A stretch of 59,542 bases of DNA from the NCBI GenBank assembly GCA_964552005.1, contig CAZKFC010000004.1:1-59542 (forward strand), given 5' to 3'. The position numbers were made by a program, and so were the translations under genes. The stretch is from an uncultured Methanosarcinales archaeon (lineage in GTDB: Archaea; Nanobdellota; Nanobdellia; Woesearchaeales; GW2011-AR15). The notes under the pieces were generated by a model. The model saw only the letters and a list, made by a program, of their open reading frames with translations, was not told the origin of the DNA and searched no databases. Shown here piece by piece: positions 28,921 to 39,485 of this stretch (within the stretch, counting starts at the first letter, position 1; every line of letters starts with the position of its first letter).

Positions 28921-29234
28921 AATCATTTTCAGAGAGATGTTATTCTTTATTAAAAAAAGTTCCTGAAGGTAAAATCACAACATACAAAGAACTGGCACAT
29001 GCATTGAACACGAAAGCGTTTCAAGCAGTTGGTCAAGCCATGAAAAATAATCCTTATGCACCTCATGTACCTTGCCATAGAGTTGTTTCTTCCGATGGCA
29101 GTATTGGCGGGTTCAATGGCCAAATAAAAGGTAAAAAGATACAAGATAAAATTTCATTATTACAAAAAGAAGGTATAGAATTTAAAGGGAATAAAATAAA
29201 GAATTTTGAAGAAGTTTTGTTTAGCTTTCCTTAG
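28917..29234 (+). CDS. ogt: methylated-DNA-protein cysteine methyltransferase (MGMT family)
   Basis: VPEGKITTY, AVGQAM, PCHRV active-site motif. Confidence 0.88.
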   Translation: MKSFSERCYSLLKKVPEGKITTYKELAHALNTKAFQAVGQAMKNNPYAPHVPCHRVVSSDGSIGGFNGQIKGKKIQDKISLLQKEGIEFKGNKIKNFEEVLFSFP

Positions 29235-30156
29235 ACCTCTTCTTTAGCTTTTTAATCTCATCTTCCAGATCTAATTTCTCAAGTAATTCTTTGTATCTAT
29301 TTCTTATTGTAACTTCAGTAACACCAGCCACATCAGCTACCTCTCTCTGTGTTCTTTTCTCTCCGTTTATTAAAGCTGCAACATACAAACCAGCAGCAGC
29401 AATACCTGTTGGTCCTCTACCAGAAGTTAATTCTGCGTGTTGGGCTTTTTCTATAATCTCAACAGCCTTACTTTGTGTCTTTGGGCTTAATTTTAACGAG
29501 CTTGAAAATCTTGGTATATAATCAATTGGATTACTTGGTAATATAGTAATTTGGAGTTCTCTTGTTACAAATCTGTAAGTCCTGCCAACCTCTTTTTTTT
29601 CTATGCCGGACGCTTCAGATAACTCGTCTAATGTTCTGGGAACTTCATGTCTTCTACAAGCAGCATATAACGCGCCAGCAACAACAGATTCCATGCTTCT
29701 ACCCCTAACAAGTCCTCTTTGCACCGCTAAAGTATAGATGCGGGCAGCTTCTTCTTCAACTGACTTTGGCAATTTAAGATATGAAGATACTCTTTTTAAT
29801 TCTGCCAATGCAAGTTTCAAATTTCTTTCAATAGCAGTTGATATCCTATACTGCCATTTTCTCAACCTGAAAAATTTATTCTTGCTTTTTTTCCCTAATG
29901 CGTATAAATCTGATTTACGGCCGACTTCTGTCCCTAAACCTTGATCATACTGTGTGTATGTTGTTGGCGCGCCTGTTCTTCTTTTTCTTTGAGAAGTGTC
30001 AGAATCAAACTCACGCCATTCCTGGCCGAAGTCAACCATTTTTTCCTCGACAACCAAGCCACAATCCTTACAAATGACTTCGCCCTTTTCCTTGTTAAAG
30101 AATAAGTTTATGCCGCCGCATTCAGGACACTTTTTTACATAATCTCTATCCATCAT
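29221..30156 (-). CDS. tfb: transcription initiation factor IIB
   Basis: CPECGG zinc ribbon, EWREF B-finger, cyclin repeats, TQREVADVAGVTEVTIRNRYKEL. Confidence 0.97.
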   Translation of the reverse strand: MMDRDYVKKCPECGGINLFFNKEKGEVICKDCGLVVEEKMVDFGQEWREFDSDTSQRKRRTGAPTTYTQYDQGLGTEVGRKSDLYALGKKSKNKFFRLRKWQYRISTAIERNLKLALAELKRVSSYLKLPKSVEEEAARIYTLAVQRGLVRGRSMESVVAGALYAACRRHEVPRTLDELSEASGIEKKEVGRTYRFVTRELQITILPSNPIDYIPRFSSSLKLSPKTQSKAVEIIEKAQHAELTSGRGPTGIAAAGLYVAALINGEKRTQREVADVAGVTEVTIRNRYKELLEKLDLEDEIKKLKKRSKES

Positions 30157-30337
30157 ATATCAAACCCCCGCATCACTCTTAAGTAAAACGTTAATTTTAT
30201 AAAGGGCAATTGAATTGCTTTAAAAAGATTTCGGTTTCTTGGCTTTGGCTATATAATATATATTTGGCTATAAACTATTTTTATAAGCAAGTATTAGAAA
30301 GAAACTTTTATATATTTCAATGTAAATAATTTTCAAC

Positions 30338-30964
30338 ATGAATAAATTTGTGTATCTGGTTTCTATTGCATTATTAATGATTATAGTAACTGGCTGTTCA
30401 ACCTTGTTTAATGGTGAGGAAGAACAAGAACTTGTCTTACCTACTGCAGTAGAGCAATGGGCAGTATCCGCCAAGGCAAGTTCAGCTGCCGGTGGTTTAT
30501 TGGGAGAGAACAGGGATGACCAGAGTCCGTATGCAGCAACTGGTGAGCCGGACGTTGAAGAATGTGGCAACAGTTTAAATGCGTGGGTTATTGAACAAGA
30601 AGACGACGGTTTACATTGGCTTGAACTAGAATTTTATGATGAAGTTTATGTAAGTAAAGTTAGAATAAGAGAAAGCTGGAACCCTGGTTCTGTTACAAAA
30701 GTAGAGCTAAAAGATGGAGATAATTATGTAACAATGTGGGAAGGTACAGATAATAGAAGACACCCAGAGTGTCCGGGTTTTTTTGAAGTTGAGTATGAAG
30801 GGCAAGAAGGCAATATTACAGTAAAAATGTCACCATTTAAAGTACATACAATAAGGATAACATTTAACACAGACGTTCCTGGTTGGAACGAGATAGACGC
30901 TGTCCAATTAGTTGGTTATAACGATAGATGGTATTTATTTAATAATACTATTTTCTATGAGTAA
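30338..30964 (+). CDS. putative lipoprotein with discoidin/galactose-binding-like fold
   Basis: Signal with IVTGC; ASS...ATGEPDV...NAW, WLELEF, WNEIDAVQLVG. Confidence 0.7.
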   Translation: MNKFVYLVSIALLMIIVTGCSTLFNGEEEQELVLPTAVEQWAVSAKASSAAGGLLGENRDDQSPYAATGEPDVEECGNSLNAWVIEQEDDGLHWLELEFYDEVYVSKVRIRESWNPGSVTKVELKDGDNYVTMWEGTDNRRHPECPGFFEVEYEGQEGNITVKMSPFKVHTIRITFNTDVPGWNEIDAVQLVGYNDRWYLFNNTIFYE

Positions 30965-31124
30965 ATATTCTTTTAGATTTTAATTTTTTCTTTGTCGCCA
31001 AATAAGGCTATAATTTCTTTGTGGCGACGAACCTATGATTTAAAAGAAACAATCTTGGCTGTATTGATTAAGCAGTGAGGGCAATCCGAGGTAGAAATTT
31101 TTAAAAAACAGAATTTTAAACTAA

Positions 31125-31676
31125 TTATCTGCCAACAAACAAGTTATATTTCTCATTACCTTTTAGCTCAGAAAGAATTCTTTTTACAACTATCTTCTTC
31201 GGGTCAGGCAATAATTTTACACGTTTTTTTAAATCGTCAAAACTTTTAAATTCTTCAATACGTCGCTCTTCAATAATTTCCCACATATGTTTCTTTCCAA
31301 GGCCGGGCAGCAATTCTAAGATATGCATTCTAGTTGTTAAAGGCTGCGCTTTGTTAAAAAAATCAACAAACTTCTTCTCATTTTTCGTTACATAATCACT
31401 CACCAGCTGTTCTAGTTCTGCTAGCGCTGTTGCTGTTAATTTGTTAGGGTCTAATTTTCCGTTGACATGATGAATCTTATCGCGCTTGCCTTCGCCAATG
31501 TAAACTTCATCATGAATTTGTAATGTTGCCTCTTTTTTAGGCACAATCTCTAATAAAGTAAGATAGTCTTTTCCTAGAGCTTGCACTATTGCAGTCTTTT
31601 TATATCCGGGCGTGTTGTCGAATGCATAGCCGTGTGGTAATATATCAAGGACTATTGCGAATTCTTCTTTTTGCAT
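31125..31676 (-). CDS. DUF655 family RNA-binding protein
   Basis: IVLDILPHG, LELLPGLGKKHMW HhH; conserved position after rpl21e-rpoF. Confidence 0.88.
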   Translation of the reverse strand: MQKEEFAIVLDILPHGYAFDNTPGYKKTAIVQALGKDYLTLLEIVPKKEATLQIHDEVYIGEGKRDKIHHVNGKLDPNKLTATALAELEQLVSDYVTKNEKKFVDFFNKAQPLTTRMHILELLPGLGKKHMWEIIEERRIEEFKSFDDLKKRVKLLPDPKKIVVKRILSELKGNEKYNLFVGR

Positions 31677-31729
31677 TTTTATGAGAGGTAGTTAATGGAG
31701 GCTTGTATTTAAATTTTATGTGTAGAAAT

Positions 31730-32083
31730 TTATTTTTTTTCAGGAAGATACTTCTTTATTACACTAATAATTTTTTGCTGGTTGTCTTTGTTAACTGTTA
31801 GAGTGTACCCTGAAAATATCACTTTTAATTCTTCAACACTTGCCGGCAACAGGTCCAACAATTTTTTTATGTGATGTTCTTTTAACCTTGGTATATTCAG
31901 TTTAATTATATCCTTTTCTAAAGACTCTGCTTGACTTTGTTTTAATACAGTGTATTGGTTAATGTATTCTTCAGTTTTTCCTGTCCTGATAGATAATTCT
32001 TTTTTCCTTTTTTTGATTTTTGTAATCTCTTTCTTCAAATCATATATACTTATTGGAGTTTGTTCTTGGATTTTCGGGTTCAT
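31730..32083 (-). CDS. rpoF: RNA polymerase subunit F (Rpo4)
   Basis: KLLDLLPASVEELKVIF; synteny rpl21e-rpoF-DUF655. Confidence 0.85.
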   Translation of the reverse strand: MNPKIQEQTPISIYDLKKEITKIKKRKKELSIRTGKTEEYINQYTVLKQSQAESLEKDIIKLNIPRLKEHHIKKLLDLLPASVEELKVIFSGYTLTVNKDNQQKIISVIKKYLPEKK

Positions 32084-32370
32084 TTTGATCTTTTAAGATG
32101 TACAGGATGTACTATAAGTAATTTTTCTTTTTTTCCGTCTTTTATAAGAACTTCGTAACAATGGCCTTTCTTGTTTAGGATTAAACCAGACTTACCGTGA
32201 AACCTTGGATAATACATGCCTTTTTGGTAAGCAGATTCAGCTTTTAATATTACTTTATCTCCTTGTTTAAATTCCTGAAAAAATTTTCTTATAGAGATTT
32301 TGCCTCTTTCCTTGTAATTCTTTTTTAATTTACTGCGGGTTTTTCTTCTAAAACTACCATGATGTTTCAT
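32080..32370 (-). CDS. rpl21e: 50S ribosomal protein L21e
   Basis: GSFRRKTRSKL, GMYYPRFHGKSG, VHPVHL. Confidence 0.95.
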   Translation of the reverse strand: MKHHGSFRRKTRSKLKKNYKERGKISIRKFFQEFKQGDKVILKAESAYQKGMYYPRFHGKSGLILNKKGHCYEVLIKDGKKEKLLIVHPVHLKRSK

Positions 32371-32461
32371 GTCAACAATGGAAAAAAGTATTGTTTATAA
32401 AGATTACGCAATAATAAAGTTTATTAATTAAAAAAATATAGTTTAAAAAGGGTGATGTGAT

Positions 32462-32680
32462 ATGACTGATTTGTTTAGAGCTGCTGTAAATGATATACAA
32501 AAAACATATGTGTACAAAAATGTGCAAGATCCTGCCACAAAAGAAACATTAAAACATCTTATTAACGCGTTGAGCCACTTACTCTATTTTGTTGGTACAG
32601 AAAATAAAGACCTTATAAACTTAAAAAAAGAAATGAGCACGCTCAAATCCATACTTGCTGAGCACGGCTATAGATATTAA
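32462..32680 (+). CDS. hypothetical protein
   Basis: GGTGA RBS; fills the gap between convergent and divergent genes. Confidence 0.65.
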   Translation: MTDLFRAAVNDIQKTYVYKNVQDPATKETLKHLINALSHLLYFVGTENKDLINLKKEMSTLKSILAEHGYRY

Positions 32681-32684
32681 ATCA

Positions 32685-33770
32685 CTACTTTAAATGTATT
32701 TCAACTATATCATTATCATGCAGAACATGAGTTATTTTAGTTCTTTTTTGTCCATCATACCTGACAGATTTACCCCAAACACGGGCAAATTTGAATTTTG
32801 TAACAAAATCTTTGTGCAATTTCAAGCATAGTTCTTTCAAAGAATCACCTTCTCTCATTATCAAAGGTTCTTTCATATCTGCTTCTTTTCCTGGCTGTTT
32901 CAAATAAATCCTGATAAAGTTTAATTTATCAAAGATTTTTTGTTTCAATTCTTCTAGATTTTGTTCTTTCTCGGCAGAAATAAAGATAGCGTCTTTATAT
33001 TTTGTTTTTATCTTCTCTAGATTTACTACAGTGTCTATTTTATTAATAACAGTTATCCCGGGAATGTATTTTTTATTGCCTTCAACAATGTCTATTATCT
33101 GGTCTTCATTTATTGGAGATCTTATTAAAACATCCGCGTTAATTATTTTTAATTCTTTTAATATTGCAGCTATTGTTTTTTTTTCTATTTTTAAAGGGAC
33201 AGTTGATGCAACAGTAACACCGCCTTTTGATGTTTTTTTGATACGGACATCAGGTTTTTCTTGGTTAATTCGTATACCAGAGTTATACAATTCTTTTTCA
33301 ATTATTTTTAGTTGCGTTAAATTATTAATATCCAGTACAATTAAGATTAAATCTGCTGATCTGATAGCAGCCAAAACTTCTTTTCCTTTACCAGTGCCGT
33401 CGGCAGCTCCTTTTACAATACCAGGCACGTCAAACAGCTGTATTTTAGCGTGGTTATATTCAAGCAAACCAGGTATAACTGTTAATGTGGTGAACTCATA
33501 AGCCGCAACTTTGGATTCTGCGTTTGTTAATTTATTCAGCAGAGTAGATTTGCCTACAGATGGATAACCTACCATGACAACAGTTGCGTCACCACTCTTT
33601 TTAAGAACATATCCGGAAGTTTTTCCTTTGCCTTTTTTTTTTGTTTCGATTTCTTCTTTTAACCTGGCTATCTTAGCTTTTACTAATCCAATATGATGCT
33701 GTGTTTTTTTATTATACTTAGTAGTGCGTAATTCTTCTTCAAGTTCTTTAATACGTTCTTGTCTAGACAT
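32685..33770 (-). CDS. DRG/OBG family GTPase with TGS domain
   Basis: GYPSVGKSTLL, YEFTT, DVPG, NKID, C-terminal TGS. Confidence 0.93.
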   Translation of the reverse strand: MSRQERIKELEEELRTTKYNKKTQHHIGLVKAKIARLKEEIETKKKGKGKTSGYVLKKSGDATVVMVGYPSVGKSTLLNKLTNAESKVAAYEFTTLTVIPGLLEYNHAKIQLFDVPGIVKGAADGTGKGKEVLAAIRSADLILIVLDINNLTQLKIIEKELYNSGIRINQEKPDVRIKKTSKGGVTVASTVPLKIEKKTIAAILKELKIINADVLIRSPINEDQIIDIVEGNKKYIPGITVINKIDTVVNLEKIKTKYKDAIFISAEKEQNLEELKQKIFDKLNFIRIYLKQPGKEADMKEPLIMREGDSLKELCLKLHKDFVTKFKFARVWGKSVRYDGQKRTKITHVLHDNDIVEIHLK

Positions 33771-33803
33771 AATTACCTTTAAAAAAAGTAGATTATAAAA
33801 AAA

Positions 33804-34676
33804 TTATCCCTTGCTGCCTGCAAATAATGAAACTCCCATCCCAGTTATCATGGCTACAAGAGAATCAGATATGAAAAACTTAGGAGATAATAGTTCTATA
33901 AGAGTATTTTTACCCCACAATACTCCAAGAGCGAATGACAGTACTAGGCCGACTAAAAATGTTACACCAAAGTAAGTTACTGCAGTTTGCAGGTTTTTGT
34001 AAGATGATTTAAGAAATATGATTATACCTAATATAAATATTGTAAAAAACATTATTCCGACTTGGACATTTGGCGCACTTAAAGTTGGACTTGAAAAAAC
34101 ACCAAATTCAGCAACTATTAAATATACTAGGACAGATAACAAAGATTTTTCATTTTGTAGAGACTCTTTAGAGAACATATCTTTAAGATTTTCTTGTTGT
34201 TTGTATTGTTCAATCTTTCTTTCTTTTTCTAATATTGTTGCATGAGCATCTTGTTTTTGTCTAATTTTATCTGCAAATTTCAAAAAATGAGCTTTTGCAC
34301 TCATAACAAATGATCTAGATGCTATGTAAAACCCAACTATGCTAGCACATACTGCTGTTATTCCTATTAATATAGTAGAGAAACCCCATCCTTGTAATTT
34401 AACAAGTTCCATATACTGTGGGAAGAAATCTATTATGACAAGTAATATAATAATAAATAGAATAGTACGTTTCATAAATGATAATAATAAGGAAGATATT
34501 CCGTTTAAAATCAATAATAACACAAAAAATATTAGCAAAGATATTATAATGGCAACTGCATTACCCTGCATTACTTGTTGCGGCAATGTGCCAAAATAAT
34601 TAATTATATTATGGGAGACCTCACTTATTAATGGGTTTGTGATTGTTGCGTTTGTTTCGTTTATCATTACAACCAC
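33804..34676 (-). CDS. multi-pass membrane hypothetical protein
   Basis: About six hydrophobic helices around a charged central linker. Confidence 0.75.
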   Translation of the reverse strand: MVVMINETNATITNPLISEVSHNIINYFGTLPQQVMQGNAVAIIISLLIFFVLLLILNGISSLLLSFMKRTILFIIILLVIIDFFPQYMELVKLQGWGFSTILIGITAVCASIVGFYIASRSFVMSAKAHFLKFADKIRQKQDAHATILEKERKIEQYKQQENLKDMFSKESLQNEKSLLSVLVYLIVAEFGVFSSPTLSAPNVQVGIMFFTIFILGIIIFLKSSYKNLQTAVTYFGVTFLVGLVLSFALGVLWGKNTLIELLSPKFFISDSLVAMITGMGVSLFAGSKG

Positions 34677-35623
34677 TGTTTTCTTTTAAAGTATATATAC
34701 ATTAAAATAATGCTTAAAGCCATCAAGCTAAGGGCGAACGGATATCCATAAATACCCCATTTATGGATTTCTGGCATATACTTAAAATTCATACCATATA
34801 TGCCCGAAATTAAGGTTGGGACAAGTACAAAAGCTGATATTACAGTTAATCGTTTCATGACATCATTAAGGTTATTAGAAACAGAAGTTAAATGAATATC
34901 AAGAGTGCCTGTTAATATGTCACGGTAAGTGGCTACCATGTCAATCAATTGAATAACATCATTGTATAAATAGCGAATTTTTTTAATGTTAGGTCCTTTA
35001 AGATCCTTAATGAATTTTTTTTCAATAGAAGCTATAACTTCTCTATTTCCAGTTAATGATTTATGAAAATAGATTAGAGTTTTCTTTAAGCTAAATATTT
35101 CTTTTACAGTCTTTGTTCCATGCGTTTTAAAAACCGCTTCTTCGATTTTATTAATCCTTTCTTCAATTTCATCTGTTACGCTGAAAAAATGGTTTACTAT
35201 TTCGCTCAGAATCATGTACATCGTAAAGGTCATGTCTTTTTGTAACATTTCAACTATTTTTTCATCAGACAAATGTTCAAGTTTTTCAATTGCTTCAATG
35301 TGTCTAGTCCGGATAATGACAGTTTTACTACCCCTAATAAAAATGTTTAAAGGCATGGTAATGTAATTGTTTGCTTTATTGAGAAAAGGTGCGTGAAACG
35401 TAATACCAGAAACATTATTGTCGTTATGAATGCCGGGACGCTCGTCCTCGTCTAATGCCCGTAACAAGTCTTCGTAAGAAATACCAGTTTTTTCTGCTAT
35501 CTTTTTTAATTCTTGTTTGCTCGGGTTAAGGCAGTCAACCCAGACTTCTGACTTAATCTTTTCCAAGTTATCTAAGTCGCCTTTAGCAATCTTACCATGA
35601 GAAAGATATGTAATCTGAATCAT
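34667..35623 (-). CDS. corA: CorA Mg2+/Co2+ transporter
   Basis: WVDCLNP, GIYGMNF signature, two C-terminal TM helices. Confidence 0.95.
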   Translation of the reverse strand: MIQITYLSHGKIAKGDLDNLEKIKSEVWVDCLNPSKQELKKIAEKTGISYEDLLRALDEDERPGIHNDNNVSGITFHAPFLNKANNYITMPLNIFIRGSKTVIIRTRHIEAIEKLEHLSDEKIVEMLQKDMTFTMYMILSEIVNHFFSVTDEIEERINKIEEAVFKTHGTKTVKEIFSLKKTLIYFHKSLTGNREVIASIEKKFIKDLKGPNIKKIRYLYNDVIQLIDMVATYRDILTGTLDIHLTSVSNNLNDVMKRLTVISAFVLVPTLISGIYGMNFKYMPEIHKWGIYGYPFALSLMALSIILMYIYFKRKQWL

Positions 35624-35671
35624 ATTACAAGTTCAGTTACCAAGTTATTTAAATTTTTCTAATTATAAAAG

Positions 35672-36034
35672 CTAGGTTTGAATTACATATACGTTACTTG
35701 GCTCAAGTAAAGGAAAATAAACATTGTACCACACACCCTGATCATATGGTGACATAATCAGAACAAAAGGTCCCCTTTCTGCTAATAAAGCTGATTGGTC
35801 TCGTTGACCTTTATATATAACTCTTATTTTTCGTTTTCCGCTAAATAATAAAGCCTCGCCTGCTTGTTCAGATAATTCAAAAACTTCATATGATTGGAGA
35901 GAACCTTCAAGATCAGATAACGGTATTTTTAAAGAAGCATCCTCTTGTCTAATCGGTATAAATCCTTTATCAGAATAATCAAGGTATTGTCTTACTGCTC
36001 TTGCAGCAATCAAAAGTCTCTGTTTAAATTCCAT
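35672..36034 (-). CDS. hypothetical protein
   Basis: 120-aa ORF colinear with its neighbours; no recognisable motif. Confidence 0.6.
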   Translation of the reverse strand: MEFKQRLLIAARAVRQYLDYSDKGFIPIRQEDASLKIPLSDLEGSLQSYEVFELSEQAGEALLFSGKRKIRVIYKGQRDQSALLAERGPFVLIMSPYDQGVWYNVYFPLLEPSNVYVIQT

Positions 36035-36099
36035 ATCTGATTCTATAACTATTCTTGCTAATTTATAATACTTTCCTTACTTAAATTAAAAAAATAAAA

Positions 36100-38157
36100 T
36101 TAAAGAATAAAAAATAATGACACTAATACAAGTGTCAGTGTTGATAATAGCTTTATAACAACGTGCAGCGAAGGTCCGGCAGTATCCTTGAATGGATCAC
36201 CAACTGTATCTCCTACAACAGCTGCTTTGTGTGTCATGCTGCCTTTACCACCATACTTTCCAGTTTCTATGTATTTCTTTGCATTATCCCATGCAGCACC
36301 GCCATTATTTAATACTAATGCTAAAATAACACCAGCTATAGTACCTACCATTAACAATGCGCCGGCTGCTTCCGCTCCTAAAAAAATTCCGACAGCAGTT
36401 GGCACAATAACAACTAATAGCCCAGGCAGCACCATTTCTTTTAATGCGCCAACAGTAGCAATATCAACACACTTGCCATAATCTGGTTTACTCTTGCCCA
36501 ACATGATGTTTTTATCAGTTTTGAACTGCCTTCTTACTTCGTTTATGATGTAATAAGCAGCTTTTCCGACAGCTCTTATAGCTAGGCTGCTGAATATAAA
36601 GATTAAGGTTGCACCAATTAATCCACCTACGAAAACATGTGGTTTTGCCATGTCAATACCTAAGATACCATGCGGCCTAATCTCGTCAAGATAAGCACTG
36701 AATAACAAGAATGCAGCCAATGCAGCACTACCAACAGCATATCCTTTAGTTAGGGCTTTTGTTGTGTTACCGACAGCATCTAATCTATCAGTTTTTTCTC
36801 TGACTTTCTTAGGCTGTTTACTCATCTCTATAATACCGCCTGCGTTATCAGCAATTGGACCAAAGTTGTCCATTGCTAAGATATAAGCAGCAGTTGCCAG
36901 CATACCCATTGTAGCGATAGCAGTTCCATAAATACCGCCATGTGGCAATCCAGTTATATTACCAATATAATAACTGCCTAATAAGGCTGCTGAAATAACC
37001 ACAACAGGCAAACCAGTACTTTCTAAGCCGACAGCAAACCCACTAATAATATTTGTAGCAGATCCTGTCTGGGATGCTTCTGCGATGTCTTGGACAGGCC
37101 TGAACCTTTGTTCTGTATAATATTGTGTTATAAACAAGAACAATACGCTAGTTAAAATTCCCATCACACCAGTTATAAAAAAACTTACCCAGAATTGTCC
37201 TAACATTAAATATGTTGCAAGAGCAAATCCTGCAATTGCCAATATCGCGGTTACATAATATCCTCTATTAAGGGCTTTCATTGGGTCTTCATCATCATGT
37301 GTTTTAACTATCATGACTCCTATAATAGAAGCTATCAACCCAAAACTTCTTGCCACTAAAGGAAATATTATACCAGAAAAACCAAACACAGGAAATAATG
37401 CAATTCCTAAAATCATTGCACCTATGTTTTCGGCAGCAGTTGATTCAAATAAATCTGCTCCACGGCCAGCACAATCACCTACATTATCACCTACTAAATC
37501 AGCAATAACAGCTGGATTCCTGGGATCGTCTTCAGGGATACCAGCTTCAACTTTTCCAACTAAGTCTGCACCTACGTCAGCTGCTTTAGTATAAATTCCG
37601 CCGCCAAGCTGAGCAAATAAAGCTACAAAACTAGCACCAAAACCAAAACCAACTATTAATAAGGGTGTAACAGTTGGATTAGTTGCACCGCCATATAAAT
37701 AGAATAACCCGGCTACACCTAATAAACTCATTGCCACTACTAATAATCCAGAAACTGCACCTCCCCTTAAAGCAATCTTAACAGCTTTATCTAAGCTTGA
37801 ACGGGCAGCACTTGCAACCCTTATATTAGCTCTAACACTAATATACATGCCAATAAAACCAGATATTGCTGAAGCTAATGCTCCTAAAATAAATGCAACA
37901 GCTGTCTGCATAGCATAATTCGGATAATTAGGAACTGGCCACAATGAATATATGCCGTAAATCAAACCAGCAACAACCAATGATAATATCATTATTGTTG
38001 AATATTGTCTTTTCATAAAGGCATTAGCACCTTCTTTTATAGCGTCAGAAATCTCCTGCATCTTTGGCGTGCCTTTATCATGTTTCAAAACATATCTTGT
38101 AAGCCATCCGGCAAACACCAATGATAATATACTAATAACAAATACAAATTCTATCAT
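36100..38157 (-). CDS. hppA: membrane-bound pyrophosphatase, K+-independent H+-pumping type
   Basis: GGGIYTKAADVGADLVGKVEAGIPEDDPRNP, DNAGG, GNTTKA, GDTVGDPFKDTAGP. Confidence 0.95.
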   Translation of the reverse strand: MIEFVFVISILSLVFAGWLTRYVLKHDKGTPKMQEISDAIKEGANAFMKRQYSTIMILSLVVAGLIYGIYSLWPVPNYPNYAMQTAVAFILGALASAISGFIGMYISVRANIRVASAARSSLDKAVKIALRGGAVSGLLVVAMSLLGVAGLFYLYGGATNPTVTPLLIVGFGFGASFVALFAQLGGGIYTKAADVGADLVGKVEAGIPEDDPRNPAVIADLVGDNVGDCAGRGADLFESTAAENIGAMILGIALFPVFGFSGIIFPLVARSFGLIASIIGVMIVKTHDDEDPMKALNRGYYVTAILAIAGFALATYLMLGQFWVSFFITGVMGILTSVLFLFITQYYTEQRFRPVQDIAEASQTGSATNIISGFAVGLESTGLPVVVISAALLGSYYIGNITGLPHGGIYGTAIATMGMLATAAYILAMDNFGPIADNAGGIIEMSKQPKKVREKTDRLDAVGNTTKALTKGYAVGSAALAAFLLFSAYLDEIRPHGILGIDMAKPHVFVGGLIGATLIFIFSSLAIRAVGKAAYYIINEVRRQFKTDKNIMLGKSKPDYGKCVDIATVGALKEMVLPGLLVVIVPTAVGIFLGAEAAGALLMVGTIAGVILALVLNNGGAAWDNAKKYIETGKYGGKGSMTHKAAVVGDTVGDPFKDTAGPSLHVVIKLLSTLTLVLVSLFFIL

Positions 38158-38270
38158 ATTTCAAACCCCCATGTATTTTAGTTTCTAAATTGGTTTTTAA
38201 TTCAAATTAATAAAGGTTTTGATTTTTGCACGACATAATCTTTATATTTTCACATTATTTTTACAAAAAT

Positions 38271-39485
38271 ATGAACTTCTCATGTCCTTATTGCGGCGGA
38301 TCTAGATTACAACATTTACGAACATGCCCGAAAGTGTATTCTATCATTAAACAAAAGCAGTTTAACAAAAAATCTAAAAAAGACTATTTTGGCGAGTCTC
38401 CAAATATTTTTATTGGCAGGTTTGGTTATCCAAAGGTTAACGTGGGCATTTTGTCTAATGAGCTTCTGCCTAAAGATGTTGATAACCCTAAAAAATGGGT
38501 AGAAGATAATTACGAGATACCAAAGATTGTTGATTTACGTAGCACATTAATCAATTCCAGGTTCAAAGCAAACGTGAAAAGTTTTGATGAAAAATTTCTT
38601 GAAATAACTAAAGAAGTTTCCATGGCAAAAAAGCCAGTAGATGTTGAAGTCCACCTTAACAAAAAGCCACAGTTTAGCATTAATCTAGATAATGATATTA
38701 CGCCTTACGGCCCTTCTGTTAAATTAGAGAAAGCTGAGATAACCGAAAACCCTTCTATCTCGAGACAGGTTGATAAAGTTGTTAGTGAAGATGAGCTGAA
38801 AGCAACAGAAGCTATAGACTATTTATATAATAAAGGTTATGACGAGCATTTCCTGACAAAACTTATTTCAGTGGGCAATCTTGGCATAAAGAAGGAAAGG
38901 AAATTAGTGCCTACAAGATGGTCTATCACAGCAGTTGACGACATTCTCGGAAAAAAACTTATTGCTGAAATAAAAGATTACAATAATTATGACTATGTGG
39001 CACACTTCGGCGGTTATCTGGGCAATTATTATCTTATATTATTCTTCCCGGAAATATGGTCTTATGAATTATTTGAGACATATGTTGGCAATCCGGAAGA
39101 ACTTAAACTAAATGAAATAGAAACTGCAACTGATTATGAACCATACACTGGAAGGAAAAGTTATGCGATTAATACAGTAGGCGGTTACTACGCTGCCCGT
39201 TTGGGAATTTTAGAATATTTGAAAAATAAAAAAAGACAAGCTTCTGTATTAGCCTTGAGATTTATAACAAACGAGTATTATATGGCGCTTGGTGTTTGGG
39301 TTGTAAGGGAAGCAACTAGAAACGCATTGAAATCAAAACCAATTATTTTTTCTAGTGAAGATTTAATGATGAAATACGCTTCCATGTTAATCAAAAAGAA
39401 ATTTACTTTTGAATTAGATAATCTAACTAAAAAAAGTGTAATATTAAAAGAAATAAAAAATCAAAAAAAGCTTACTCAGTTTTAG
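38271..39485 (+). CDS. nreA: Nre family archaeal DNA repair protein
   Basis: CPYCGGSRL...CP zinc motif, SPNIFIGRFGYP, LVPTRWSITAVDD, GGYYAARL, LGVWVVRE, C-terminal PIP-like QKKLTQF; start moved to ATG 38271. Confidence 0.9.
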   Translation: MNFSCPYCGGSRLQHLRTCPKVYSIIKQKQFNKKSKKDYFGESPNIFIGRFGYPKVNVGILSNELLPKDVDNPKKWVEDNYEIPKIVDLRSTLINSRFKANVKSFDEKFLEITKEVSMAKKPVDVEVHLNKKPQFSINLDNDITPYGPSVKLEKAEITENPSISRQVDKVVSEDELKATEAIDYLYNKGYDEHFLTKLISVGNLGIKKERKLVPTRWSITAVDDILGKKLIAEIKDYNNYDYVAHFGGYLGNYYLILFFPEIWSYELFETYVGNPEELKLNEIETATDYEPYTGRKSYAINTVGGYYAARLGILEYLKNKKRQASVLALRFITNEYYMALGVWVVREATRNALKSKPIIFSSEDLMMKYASMLIKKKFTFELDNLTKKSVILKEIKNQKKLTQF

